In this document: piece after piece, positions 25,721 through 34,882 of the stretch
Numbering within the stretch: the stretch's first letter is position 1
Layout: the number at the start of each line of letters is the position of its first letter
DNA from: an uncultured Spirochaetaceae bacterium
Lineage (GTDB): Bacteria > Spirochaetota > Spirochaetia > Treponematales > Treponemataceae
Direction: 5' to 3'
Assembly (NCBI GenBank): GCA_902766125.1
Contig: CACXCG010000039.1
Location: 5,674 to 69,673 of the forward strand
Length of the DNA: 64,000 bases
The notes under the pieces: generated by a model
What the model saw: only the letters and a program-made list of their open reading frames with translations
Told to the model about the DNA's origin: nothing
Database searches by the model: none
Translations under genes and position numbers: made by a program

Positions 25721-27523
25721 TTATAAATATGTCAGGTAGCTTTTAATGGATTCTGATAATTCTGTATAGATAAGTTTTGAATAGTATAACTGGTGCAAAA
25801 TGGGTTCCTGAGGAATATCGCCCGCTTTTTTCTGTAACTGACGCTGTGTGGGAAACACAAGGGATGCTGCATCTTTTGCAGTTGAAGTAAGGATTTCTTT
25901 GTCCAGCATATCAAGCTTTGCAAATGTATCCTGAGCTTTTGAACGGTCTTTTATTGCACTGTCACACAGATGGATGCCTTTTCGTGCTGTTTCAAGCAGT
26001 GACTGTAAATGCGTGACAAATGTCTGCTTTGCAATTTCAAACTGCTTCATGCGTTCTTCCTGATTGAGTGCTGCGGCATTTTTTTGTGCAGTACAGAAGA
26101 ATGCGTCTCGTTCTTTCTGTGCTTCAGGTAAGGACAGTATATCCTGTATGTCTGCTTTTTGAATTCCGTTTATGGCAAGACTCTGAGAAGTAAGCGAAAA
26201 AGTGGTACAGCCTGACTGTTTTGCTTTTTTTGCATTTTCTTCAAACCACCACGAAAACAGACTCATGCGTTCATCGGTTAAGAGCTGATTGTTGTCGTAG
26301 TCCAATGCAAACTGCGGATTTGCACTCATAAGGGAAATAATGGAATCTGTTTCTGCAGGCGATGTTTTTACCGACAGCCGGTGTGCTCGTTCTTCAAACT
26401 GTGAACCGCGTATGTGTGTCTGTTTGCCCGGAAAGCCTAAATCCATTCCCGCAAGATAGATTTTTTTTGTGCCGGTACTGTAGGCAAAATCCCATGCGGT
26501 GGTAGTAACGCTTCCTCCTGCTCCCAGTTTTCCTTTTTCGCCTAACTGTGATTCAAAATATTTTCCCAGCGGAAACAGTGAAGAACACATAACCGTCTCT
26601 TTGCATTCAAAGCGTAATACAGAGGGCCACACAGCACTTTCGGTAATCAAAACTGATGAAGGTGAGCGTAAAAAATCAAGGTGTCGTGCACAGGCTTCCT
26701 GTGGATCTACCAGTACAATAAAATCAGGTTCAACTCCTGCGTTAAGACATGCATGGAGTGATGTATCAACGCAGACAATAATACTTCTCTTTTTTAATTC
26801 TGCAAGATGCGGAAGTATTGCTGCAAGAGAAGGTCCTGCTGCAAGAATGACAAACGGCAGAGTGGTGTTTGTGTTCATGAATTTTTTAACGCCGTCACAT
26901 AAAGCCATCTGCGGTAAATTTTTACAGCTGTTCCTGAGCCACAGTTTTGCAAATCGTTCAAGTGTATTTGTGTTGATGTTTTCTTTCTGCTTTGCACGCG
27001 TCAGATTCTGTTTGAGTTCTGTGTAGTAGGCAGACGCATGCTGTATCTGGTTAGCACTTTCGTATATCTGTACGTTTGAAATTCCAAAGCGTTCAATGAG
27101 GGAAGCTGCTTCCTGTGCACTTGCCCCTATGGCAAAAATAACCTGACTGTGTGATAAAACTGGTGTCCAGTCAAGCGTTTCAAAACTCTGCGAAACATAG
27201 CGGACATCAGGTTCTATTATGATAAGTGGAAGTGTAGGGTAACTGAGTGCAAACTGAATGGGTGCATAGCCTAATCCGAATGAATAAAAAGCTGCTGCGG
27301 TTTTTTCTTTGGGAAACTGAGAGATTAACTGCTGTGCTTCTTTTTGCGGATTATATTTTGAATGCAGGGGAAGTGTTCCCTCAAAGGCAGTCAGGGCTTC
27401 TGATTTTGATGCGGTAACGGTAAAGGGTTTTTCTTCTGGTGCAAGTGGTGTGTCAAATAAAAATGCTAACTGAGGAAATCTTTTTTTGAACAGCGCGACA
27501 TTGTTATTCCAGATAGAGTTCAA
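25721..27523 (-). CDS. Motility-associated-factor (Maf) type glycosyltransferase, DUF115/MptE-like core
   Basis: The N-terminus is NNNVALFKKRFPQLAFLF. The core is FVILAAGPSL...IIVCVDTSLHACLNAGVEPDFIVLVDPQ. The length is about 600 aa, typical of Maf proteins. Confidence 0.7.
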   Translation of the reverse strand: MNSIWNNNVALFKKRFPQLAFLFDTPLAPEEKPFTVTASKSEALTAFEGTLPLHSKYNPQKEAQQLISQFPKEKTAAAFYSFGLGYAPIQFALSYPTLPLIIIEPDVRYVSQSFETLDWTPVLSHSQVIFAIGASAQEAASLIERFGISNVQIYESANQIQHASAYYTELKQNLTRAKQKENINTNTLERFAKLWLRNSCKNLPQMALCDGVKKFMNTNTTLPFVILAAGPSLAAILPHLAELKKRSIIVCVDTSLHACLNAGVEPDFIVLVDPQEACARHLDFLRSPSSVLITESAVWPSVLRFECKETVMCSSLFPLGKYFESQLGEKGKLGAGGSVTTTAWDFAYSTGTKKIYLAGMDLGFPGKQTHIRGSQFEERAHRLSVKTSPAETDSIISLMSANPQFALDYDNNQLLTDERMSLFSWWFEENAKKAKQSGCTTFSLTSQSLAINGIQKADIQDILSLPEAQKERDAFFCTAQKNAAALNQEERMKQFEIAKQTFVTHLQSLLETARKGIHLCDSAIKDRSKAQDTFAKLDMLDKEILTSTAKDAASLVFPTQRQLQKKAGDIPQEPILHQLYYSKLIYTELSESIKSYLTYL

Positions 27524-29390
27524 TGGTCGTGTTCTCCGTAATGGGGGTTCCCGGCTGAGGTGTCTGACTTACAACCCATCCTGAGCCGTGAATGATTACC
27601 GTTATCTGATTTTGTGACAGTAAGTTTACTAAATCGCGTTTGGGTCTTCCGATAAGATTTGGAACAACACCTGCATCAAGTGAGGGCTGCTCGTTTTCGC
27701 TTATGGAAATGACGCCAGAGTGTGAAACGGTTGCAGCGGTATCACGCGTCATACCTAGATGGTCAATGATTTCATCTGCAGCCTGACGAATGACAGGAGC
27801 GGCAATCTGTCCGCCAAGATTGCGTTCTATTTTTGATTTTACAATGACGGTATACAAAACAATCTGCGGATCTTCAATGGGGAAGATACCCATACAGCTT
27901 GAAAGATACTGATCTTCAAGATAGCGTCCGTTTTCAAAAATCTGTGCGGTACCGGTTTTATCGCCAATGGAAATGTCGTCAAGACCAGCACGCCATCCGG
28001 TTCCTTCTAGAACAGTGGTACGCATACAGCTTATGATGTAATCTGCAGTAGAAGTTTTTAAAACTCTGTCGCGGTACACGGGTGTGTGTTCGAATGTATC
28101 AACTCCATCTTTGTCACTGATGCGTTTGATAACCGTAAGCTGTGCAGGAACACCTTTGTTTGCAATTGCCATGGCAGCCTGAAGCATTTGCAGTGCAGTA
28201 ACACTTACTTCCTGACCAATCGAAATAGTTGCTTTTGTTCGGCCAGACCAGGTGCTGTCTCCCGGTGCTTTTACCTTACCTGATTCTTCTCGCGGAAGTT
28301 CAACGCCTGTTTTTTCTCCAAAGCCAAAGTTCTTCATGTAGGTAAGGAAGGTTCCGGTATCAAGCCGTTCACTCATCTGTGCAAATGCATCGTTACAGGA
28401 TCGTGCCAGTGCTTCACGGACGGTAACAAGACCGTGTTCGTGCGGATCGTGACAGCTTATGGTAAAGGTTTCGCCTTTGTTCGTTGTAAATCTATATGAA
28501 CCGGTTGTTCTCAGATACGTTGCCGGTGTCATTGCCCCAGAGTCAATGTAAGATGCTGCAGTAAAAATTTTAAATACACTTCCCGGTTCGTACGAGTTGA
28601 TTGCAGGACTGTCGCGTTTTGCATCTGGTGCATCAATGTTTGCATATTCATTCAGGTTGATTGACGGTAAACTGATGTATGAAAGAATTTCTCCTGTCTT
28701 TGCATCTGCAGCAAGAAGCATCATACTTTCTGCCTGTGTGTCTATGAGCGTTTGCTTTGCAATTTTTTCCAGTTTGTACTGAAGGTTTGCATCAATGGTC
28801 AGATATACATCCTGTCCAAATACAGTCTGCTGCTGGTCTGTGTTTACCGGTGGAGAAAGCACTAACTGCTGAGAGTATTCAATTCCACTTAAACCTTCAC
28901 CGTCATCGCCCATGTAACCAATGAGTTGACTTGCTAAATCATTTTCGGGATATACTCGTCCGGGAATGCGGTCAAAGCGTGCAGAAGGAAATCCGTTTTC
29001 TTCAACGATTGCTTTTACTTCTTCATACTGATCCTGTGTCAGCTTTTTTTTGATGTACAGAAACGAAAGATTTCTTGCAGCCCTGATCCGTGCAGAAATA
29101 TCGATGTCTGCCATATCGAGTGCGGGGGCAAGCTTTTGTGCAAAGTCATCAATCATGTCATCTGAAAGTTTATTCGGTGATATTCCAAAGTGATAGAAAC
29201 TGGTCTGAACGGCAAGCGGTTTTCCGTTGCGGTCACGGATTGAACCTCGTTCAACAGAAGGTTTTGTAGAAACAGTCTGCGGCTGTTCGGAAACAGCAAG
29301 TTTAACGTAACAGAAAGTGACGTAGCCTAAAAACAAAGCAGAAATAATTCCGATGAACCAGACGCGCGGCTTTTTGAAAAAATCATTCAT
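27504..29390 (-). CDS. Class B penicillin-binding protein (peptidoglycan D,D-transpeptidase) with a C-terminal PASTA domain
   Basis: The motifs are SVFK (SxxK), SCN (SxN) and KTGT. The C-terminus VPNLIGRPKRDLVNLLSQNQITVIIHGSGWVVSQTPQPGTPI is PASTA-like. The start forms an ATGA overlap with the lepB stop. Alternative starts are 29396 and 29420. Confidence 0.85.
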   Translation of the reverse strand: MNDFFKKPRVWFIGIISALFLGYVTFCYVKLAVSEQPQTVSTKPSVERGSIRDRNGKPLAVQTSFYHFGISPNKLSDDMIDDFAQKLAPALDMADIDISARIRAARNLSFLYIKKKLTQDQYEEVKAIVEENGFPSARFDRIPGRVYPENDLASQLIGYMGDDGEGLSGIEYSQQLVLSPPVNTDQQQTVFGQDVYLTIDANLQYKLEKIAKQTLIDTQAESMMLLAADAKTGEILSYISLPSINLNEYANIDAPDAKRDSPAINSYEPGSVFKIFTAASYIDSGAMTPATYLRTTGSYRFTTNKGETFTISCHDPHEHGLVTVREALARSCNDAFAQMSERLDTGTFLTYMKNFGFGEKTGVELPREESGKVKAPGDSTWSGRTKATISIGQEVSVTALQMLQAAMAIANKGVPAQLTVIKRISDKDGVDTFEHTPVYRDRVLKTSTADYIISCMRTTVLEGTGWRAGLDDISIGDKTGTAQIFENGRYLEDQYLSSCMGIFPIEDPQIVLYTVIVKSKIERNLGGQIAAPVIRQAADEIIDHLGMTRDTAATVSHSGVISISENEQPSLDAGVVPNLIGRPKRDLVNLLSQNQITVIIHGSGWVVSQTPQPGTPITENTTIELYLE

Positions 29391-29878
29391 TTCCATAGCA
29401 CTTTTCCTAACACATCGCACTCTGGAATAAAGCCGTAGTTTCGAGAATCAATTGATGCCTGGTAGTTGTCGCCCACAGCAAAAACGCATCCTTCAGGAAC
29501 CGACGTTATGCCGTCAAGCAGACGATACTGTTCGTATGTCAACGGAATGTTTTCTCCACCCACCTTCAGAGTATACTGACTATCGCATGAAAAATCCAGT
29601 GGCATACCTGAACAGGCAACACATCGTTTTACTACCATATCCCCGTTATGCATATAGACGATTATGTCACCAGCTTTCGGATGCGCCCAAGTTGTCATGC
29701 GTGTACTCCCAAAGGGTTTGTCTAAACCGTATGCCAGTTTATTAACGATTACATGCTCACGGTCGCGGATTGTGCTTTCCATGGAATTTCCCAGAATACA
29801 GGGAATGTCAAGAACAAACAGTTTAAGAATGAGACCGAAAAAAATACCTATAAGAATATAGTGTAAAGCCTTCCGCAT
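29387..29878 (-). CDS. lepB: Signal peptidase I
   Basis: GNSMESTI is the catalytic Ser box. VVKRCVA and GDNYQASIDSRNYGFI are boxes D and E. Confidence 0.9.
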   Translation of the reverse strand: MRKALHYILIGIFFGLILKLFVLDIPCILGNSMESTIRDREHVIVNKLAYGLDKPFGSTRMTTWAHPKAGDIIVYMHNGDMVVKRCVACSGMPLDFSCDSQYTLKVGGENIPLTYEQYRLLDGITSVPEGCVFAVGDNYQASIDSRNYGFIPECDVLGKVLWK

Positions 29879-29887
29879 ACGCAGTTT

Positions 29888-29916
29888 ATTCTAATATGAC
29901 GGCGATTTTATGTCGA
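29888..29916 (-). promoter_or_regulatory. Promoter: TCGACA, N17, TAGAAT. The -10 ends 9 nt before the lepB ATG.
   Basis: Read on the minus strand. There is no SD. Confidence 0.45.
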
Positions 29917-29926
29917 TACTTTCTAT

Positions 29927-31090
29927 ATGGAAATCATCAATTACTATACATCTGAACGACAACCCTCGTGGCCCCGTTTACGTACTCGTGAACGCTCTCA
30001 TGTGAAAGCTCAGGCAGTTGTGCTTAAGCGTCGTACTGTTTCGGTTAAAGATATGTTCTTTACCGTTCGTGCAGCCCTGTTTAGTTTTGCGGTTACTGTG
30101 TGCAGTTTGATTCGCTATGCGTGGATGATTCCTGCGGTGTGTGCTGCAGTTGCGATTCCGGTATTGATTTCCAATCTGATTGATTATTCCCAGTCGTTTG
30201 CAAAAGTTGTTGATTTTGAAGCTGACAGTGCTGTTTCGTATGAATATCTGAATGCGGCTATGTCATCGTTTGCACTTGATTCTGTGTACTATGACCGTGA
30301 CGGAAACATTCTTTCTTCTGACGGAACAATTGCTGTCTCATCTGTTACAATAAAAGAGCCGGTAACGTATCAGACATACACTGTTCGCGCAGGAGATACA
30401 ATCAGCGGTATAAGCAAGAAGTTTGGCCTTTCAAATATTTCAACGCTTATTGCAGTAAACAATATCAGCAATGTTCGTTCTCTCCGTTCTGGTCAGAAAC
30501 TGCGTATTCCTTCTTACGACGGTCTTGTACATGTCGTTACTGCAGGAGAAACCCTTGGCTCGGTTGCAAAAAAGTTTAACGCAACAGTAGAAGATATTCT
30601 TGATGTGAATAACCTTGCAACAGAAACATTACAGGCAGGTATGTCGCTTTTTATTCCGGGTGCCCGTCTGGACAGTGAAACGTTGCAGCGTGCAATGGGC
30701 GAACTGTTTGTGTATCCCATCAAAGCAAGCTGGCGTCTTTCTTCACGCTTCGGATATCGCATTGATCCCATCAAAAATACTCCCTCAAGTCACACGGGAA
30801 TCGATCTGTCTTGTCCTGAGGGAACAAAGATTTATTCTGCTATGAGCGGAACTGTTGCATATACAGGATTCTCAAGTGTCTACGGTAACTATGTGATTGT
30901 CAAACACCATGACGGATATCAGACACTGTATGCACACATGAGCAAGATAATTGCAAAGAAGGGTGAAAAGGTTACGCAGGATACAGTAATCGGTCTGGTT
31001 GGATCTACCGGATATTCAACAGGTAACCACCTGCATTTCTCTGTGTACAAAAACGGAAAATTAGTTGATCCGCTTACGGTTTTAAAATAG
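29927..31090 (+). CDS. M23-family metallopeptidase with two LysM domains and an N-terminal TM anchor
   Basis: The LysM domains are YTVRAGDTISGISKKFGLS and HVVTAGETLGSVAKKFNAT. The M23 motifs are HTGIDL and GSTGYSTGNHLHFSV. Confidence 0.9.
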   Translation: MEIINYYTSERQPSWPRLRTRERSHVKAQAVVLKRRTVSVKDMFFTVRAALFSFAVTVCSLIRYAWMIPAVCAAVAIPVLISNLIDYSQSFAKVVDFEADSAVSYEYLNAAMSSFALDSVYYDRDGNILSSDGTIAVSSVTIKEPVTYQTYTVRAGDTISGISKKFGLSNISTLIAVNNISNVRSLRSGQKLRIPSYDGLVHVVTAGETLGSVAKKFNATVEDILDVNNLATETLQAGMSLFIPGARLDSETLQRAMGELFVYPIKASWRLSSRFGYRIDPIKNTPSSHTGIDLSCPEGTKIYSAMSGTVAYTGFSSVYGNYVIVKHHDGYQTLYAHMSKIIAKKGEKVTQDTVIGLVGSTGYSTGNHLHFSVYKNGKLVDPLTVLK

Positions 31091-31108
31091 GGAAAAGGAA
31101 TCAGATAT

Positions 31109-31354
31109 ATGGAAAAGTTGTGCGTGTGCAAAGAATGTGGCAGAGTAATTGACCGTGAATTTATTTACTGTCCGTGGTGTGGAGATGCGCGGATGGATAT
31201 TCGGGAACGAAATTCTATGGATGCGATATTTGATCGGATTGTTGAATCGCAGAATCAATATCGTGACAAGCGGGTAGAAAGTTTACTGGGGCGGCTTGAT
31301 GAGCTTGACCGTGAACTTTCAACGCTGGCACTAAGCGTGGAGATGCATCGATGA
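31109..31354 (+). CDS. Small zinc-ribbon plus coiled-coil protein, function unknown
   Basis: CKECGRVIDREFIYCPWCG followed by a helical tail. Its stop forms an ATGA overlap with the next gene. Confidence 0.6.
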   Translation: MEKLCVCKECGRVIDREFIYCPWCGDARMDIRERNSMDAIFDRIVESQNQYRDKRVESLLGRLDELDRELSTLALSVEMHR

Positions 31355-33495
31355 AACGATTTTTATGTGTAGCAGCTGTCTTTTTTGTGGCGGCTGCTTT
31401 TCCTGTTTTTGGAAAGGTCTCATTCAACTCTGTTTCTGTAAATGAATCCGATGAAATTTTATTTACGGTATCGCAGACAGTTCCTGGGACGAATGATTAC
31501 AATGCACTGTTTGCAGCAAAACTTGATAAGAAAGGACTTGCCTCTGCTCCGCGGCTTTTAACCTGTTTCCCTGAGAAAATGGAGCTTGTTCAAAACGGAA
31601 CAATCCTTCAGCTGCGTAACCGTTACGGCTGTGCATGGTATTCAATTGCTCAGAAAAATGTCACCTGGATTTCTTCTTCTGATTCTCTTCCGATTGATTA
31701 TTCCCGTACCAGTGCGCAGAGTGTAAGCCCTGACGGAAACTACAGCTGCTTTGTCCGCCTGAATAAAAGCGGCAGCGGTCAGCTTTTACTGCAGAATCTT
31801 CGCACGCAGGCTCAGGTAATTCTTGCAGAATCAGTGACCTTCAGTTTTGATTCAGTTGCAGTTAAATGGTCTCCGGATTCAGACATTCTGCTGTATGAAA
31901 AAAACGGCACGGTGTTTTTTGTTTCTGCATCAACTGCATTCGGTCCCATGCAGATTTCGGAAAACCTTAGAAAAATCGGTCCGGGAACTATTGCCAGCGT
32001 TTCGTGGACACAGGACAGAAGTCTTCTGTATATAGACGGTGATATCGTATACCGCATCAATCAGAATGAACTGTATACGCGCGGCCTGTATTCTTCGCTT
32101 GCGGGAACGGGAACGATTGTTGGCCGGCTTCCGTATGCATTTGATGCAAAGCGTGATGTGTTCTGGAGTGACGCTTCCGGTTCGCAGATTGTTGTGGTAA
32201 GTCAGAATAATCTTGCCTGCTACTATTCTCTTTCTGCACAGAGTTATGACTTTGTTCAGTCAAAAGGAATTTTTACGTTGACCGGTGCCCGTGGTGCAGT
32301 GCTTGGCTGTCAGGTATTCTGGAATCAGAAACAGCAGCCTCTTCTGTGGGTTGATTTTTTACTGTATGAAGACGGCAAGCGTTCTTCGCGCATGTATTCG
32401 CTGTCTTCTTCAATGGATGTAATTTTTGAAGTAAAAGATTCTGTTTCTCCTGTTGCTTCTCCGGACGGTTCACTCATTGCGTTTACCGGTGGTGATTCAG
32501 TTTATGTGTATGACATAAATGCAGCACAGGTGCGGGGCAGACTGAAGGGTGAGAGTGTTGTTTCCTTTGTGTGGGGAAGTAATTCCATTCTGTATGTAGG
32601 CGGAATAAAAACAGTCCGTGCATGGAATCTTCGTTCAGAAGAAGTGTCTGTTCTGTTCCTTTCTTCTGTTGATGAAGCTGCGTGGAGCGGCAGTATGGTG
32701 TATGGTTCTTTCAAAGACGAAGAGACTGTGTATGCCTATAATGCAAAACTAAACACCTGGAATGCATCGTCGCTCAGGAATGTTTCTTTTGCAAGCGTTG
32801 AAAAAAATGCACGCTATCGTGTGTTCATAGGAAACGCTCAGAACAAACTGTTTGAAAATGCTGCATTTGTCCGTTCTTTGCAGGGGACAGTCGTAACGTA
32901 TCCGGTTTTTGCACAGTCTGATACACCTGTTCCTGCGTCTAAGCGTGTTGCGCTGGTGTTTGATGCAGTTGACCGTGCAGACGGTTTACCTCAGATTTTG
33001 TGTGCGTTAAATCAGTTTAAGATTCCTGCAACCTTTTTTATCAACGGAGAGTTTGTGCGCCGTTATCCTTCTGAAACGCGGCAGATTGTTGCATCTGGGT
33101 ATGAATGTGCATCAGGATTTTTTGCCATGACAGATTTAACTTCTTCTGTTGATTTTGTCATTGATGAAGGATTTATAAAGCGTGGTCTTGCCCGTAACGA
33201 AGATGAATTTTATGCAACAACAGGAACAGAACTGTCGCTTTTGTGGCATGCACCATCGTATCGCGCAAATAAAACAATTCTTGCTGCCGGTGAAAAGGCA
33301 GGTTACCGTTATGTAGATGCAGTTGTTTCTGAGGAAAGTGTTGAAACACTTATTGAGAAGGTTGTTCCCTCTGCGTATGACGGAATGATTATACCGGTGT
33401 GCGTAGGAACTGATACTCAGAAAATCGATCTGCTTATTTCGTCACTGCTTGACAGCGGCTGTACAATCGTTGACGTGCGTGACCTTATTGAATGA
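31351..33495 (+). CDS. Secreted protein: N-terminal TolB-like beta-propeller region plus a C-terminal NodB-type polysaccharide-deacetylase-like domain
   Basis: The signal peptide is MKRFLCVAAVFFVAAAFPVFG. SPDG-type blade motifs are repeated. The C-terminus reads VALVFDAVDRADG...IPATFFINGEFVRRYP. Confidence 0.7.
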   Translation: MKRFLCVAAVFFVAAAFPVFGKVSFNSVSVNESDEILFTVSQTVPGTNDYNALFAAKLDKKGLASAPRLLTCFPEKMELVQNGTILQLRNRYGCAWYSIAQKNVTWISSSDSLPIDYSRTSAQSVSPDGNYSCFVRLNKSGSGQLLLQNLRTQAQVILAESVTFSFDSVAVKWSPDSDILLYEKNGTVFFVSASTAFGPMQISENLRKIGPGTIASVSWTQDRSLLYIDGDIVYRINQNELYTRGLYSSLAGTGTIVGRLPYAFDAKRDVFWSDASGSQIVVVSQNNLACYYSLSAQSYDFVQSKGIFTLTGARGAVLGCQVFWNQKQQPLLWVDFLLYEDGKRSSRMYSLSSSMDVIFEVKDSVSPVASPDGSLIAFTGGDSVYVYDINAAQVRGRLKGESVVSFVWGSNSILYVGGIKTVRAWNLRSEEVSVLFLSSVDEAAWSGSMVYGSFKDEETVYAYNAKLNTWNASSLRNVSFASVEKNARYRVFIGNAQNKLFENAAFVRSLQGTVVTYPVFAQSDTPVPASKRVALVFDAVDRADGLPQILCALNQFKIPATFFINGEFVRRYPSETRQIVASGYECASGFFAMTDLTSSVDFVIDEGFIKRGLARNEDEFYATTGTELSLLWHAPSYRANKTILAAGEKAGYRYVDAVVSEESVETLIEKVVPSAYDGMIIPVCVGTDTQKIDLLISSLLDSGCTIVDVRDLIE

Positions 33496-34882
33496 TTCTG
33501 TTTGCGACAAACAGTGCTGCTCTGTCCCACAAAAGTTTTACTGCAGAACCTTTTGTAACTGAACGGTCTGCAATAAGCGGGATGGTACGCAGCACAACAC
33601 CGTTTAACGAATAGGTGAGTGTTCCATACTGTTCTGCACAGACTGCCTGTCCGTAAATTGCTTTTGGTGCCTGTATATCAACCTGAATCTGCTTTGCTGC
33701 ATCCTGTGGTGACGTTCCTGAAATAAACGGTACGGTAAACGTTTCATCAAATGCCGGAACAAGACGTACACTGTCTGCTTTTCCACCTGCAACACAAACG
33801 GTAACAGAATGCGCATCGCTGTCTTTTGGTGCACGATAATCTGCAAATGATGCAAATGCATAATCCATCAGTGTAAATCCGTCTGCAACACGATATTGAT
33901 TTCCCTGTACAGAACCTTTTCCCGGACCGCCCATGGTAACCGAAAGAAACCGCATTCCGTTACGCTGAGCAGTAAGCGCAAGATTGTATCCGCTTTCGTC
34001 TATGTAGCCGGTTTTAAGTCCGTCGCATCCTTCTAGTTTTCCAAGCAGTTTGTTTGTGTTGTACTGTGTTATTGCCTGACTGTCGCCCTGCCACTGCTGG
34101 TTAGGCGCAAGATTGTGCTGCTGGGGATACCGTAAGACGTTTTGTGAATGATAGTTCTGCAAGGCATAGCCAAAGCGGTTTATGTACACACGTGAAAATG
34201 CTGCAAACTCACGGGCAGTCGTAACATTCAGTTCACTGTAGCCGCTTGATTCAACAAAATGTGTATGGGTAAGTCCTAATCCTTCTACAACGCGGTTCAT
34301 GCGTTCTACAAAGTCTTCCATGTTACCGCAGATGAAATTTGCTACTGCAATAGAGGCGTCGTTTCCGCTTGCAATGGCAAGCCCTAAAAGCAGCTCGTTG
34401 AGCGTTACGCGCTGACCTTCTGCCAGAAACATTATGGATGCATCGCGCGGTAAGTTTATGGCCCATGACTGAGGGGGAAGCGGAACTATATCATCAAGAG
34501 AAACCTCTCCTTTCTCTACCGCTTCAAATACGACATACATTTCAACAAGCTTTGTCATGGATGCCGGAGGAATGAGTGCGTCTGCATTTTTTTCAAACAG
34601 GATGCTTCCTGTCTGGGTGTCAATCAGAATTGCACTTGCTGCATTTATAAATAAGTCTGCATCAACGGTTTTGTACGGAAGTGCACTGACTAACGCTAAA
34701 CGTTCGGGAAAGTTTTTGTCCAGCTGTTCCTGCAGATACACCTGCTGTAAGTGCGTTAAATCAGATGCTGGTTTAGGGGAAGAAAGCTGCTGTACGCGAA
34801 AACCAAACAGCGTTGCGGCAATAAGCAGTGCAAGAATTGCAGAACCTGCTGCAACGGGTGCAAGAAGTGAACGTTTTTTCAT
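33485..34882 (-). CDS. Serine-type D-Ala-D-Ala carboxypeptidase (S11, PBP5/6-like)
   Basis: The motifs are SMTK (SxxK), SGN and KTGY. The start at MKKRSLL (34882) forms an ATGA overlap with the aroC stop. Confidence 0.85.
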   Translation of the reverse strand: MKKRSLLAPVAAGSAILALLIAATLFGFRVQQLSSPKPASDLTHLQQVYLQEQLDKNFPERLALVSALPYKTVDADLFINAASAILIDTQTGSILFEKNADALIPPASMTKLVEMYVVFEAVEKGEVSLDDIVPLPPQSWAINLPRDASIMFLAEGQRVTLNELLLGLAIASGNDASIAVANFICGNMEDFVERMNRVVEGLGLTHTHFVESSGYSELNVTTAREFAAFSRVYINRFGYALQNYHSQNVLRYPQQHNLAPNQQWQGDSQAITQYNTNKLLGKLEGCDGLKTGYIDESGYNLALTAQRNGMRFLSVTMGGPGKGSVQGNQYRVADGFTLMDYAFASFADYRAPKDSDAHSVTVCVAGGKADSVRLVPAFDETFTVPFISGTSPQDAAKQIQVDIQAPKAIYGQAVCAEQYGTLTYSLNGVVLRTIPLIADRSVTKGSAVKLLWDRAALFVANRIIQ

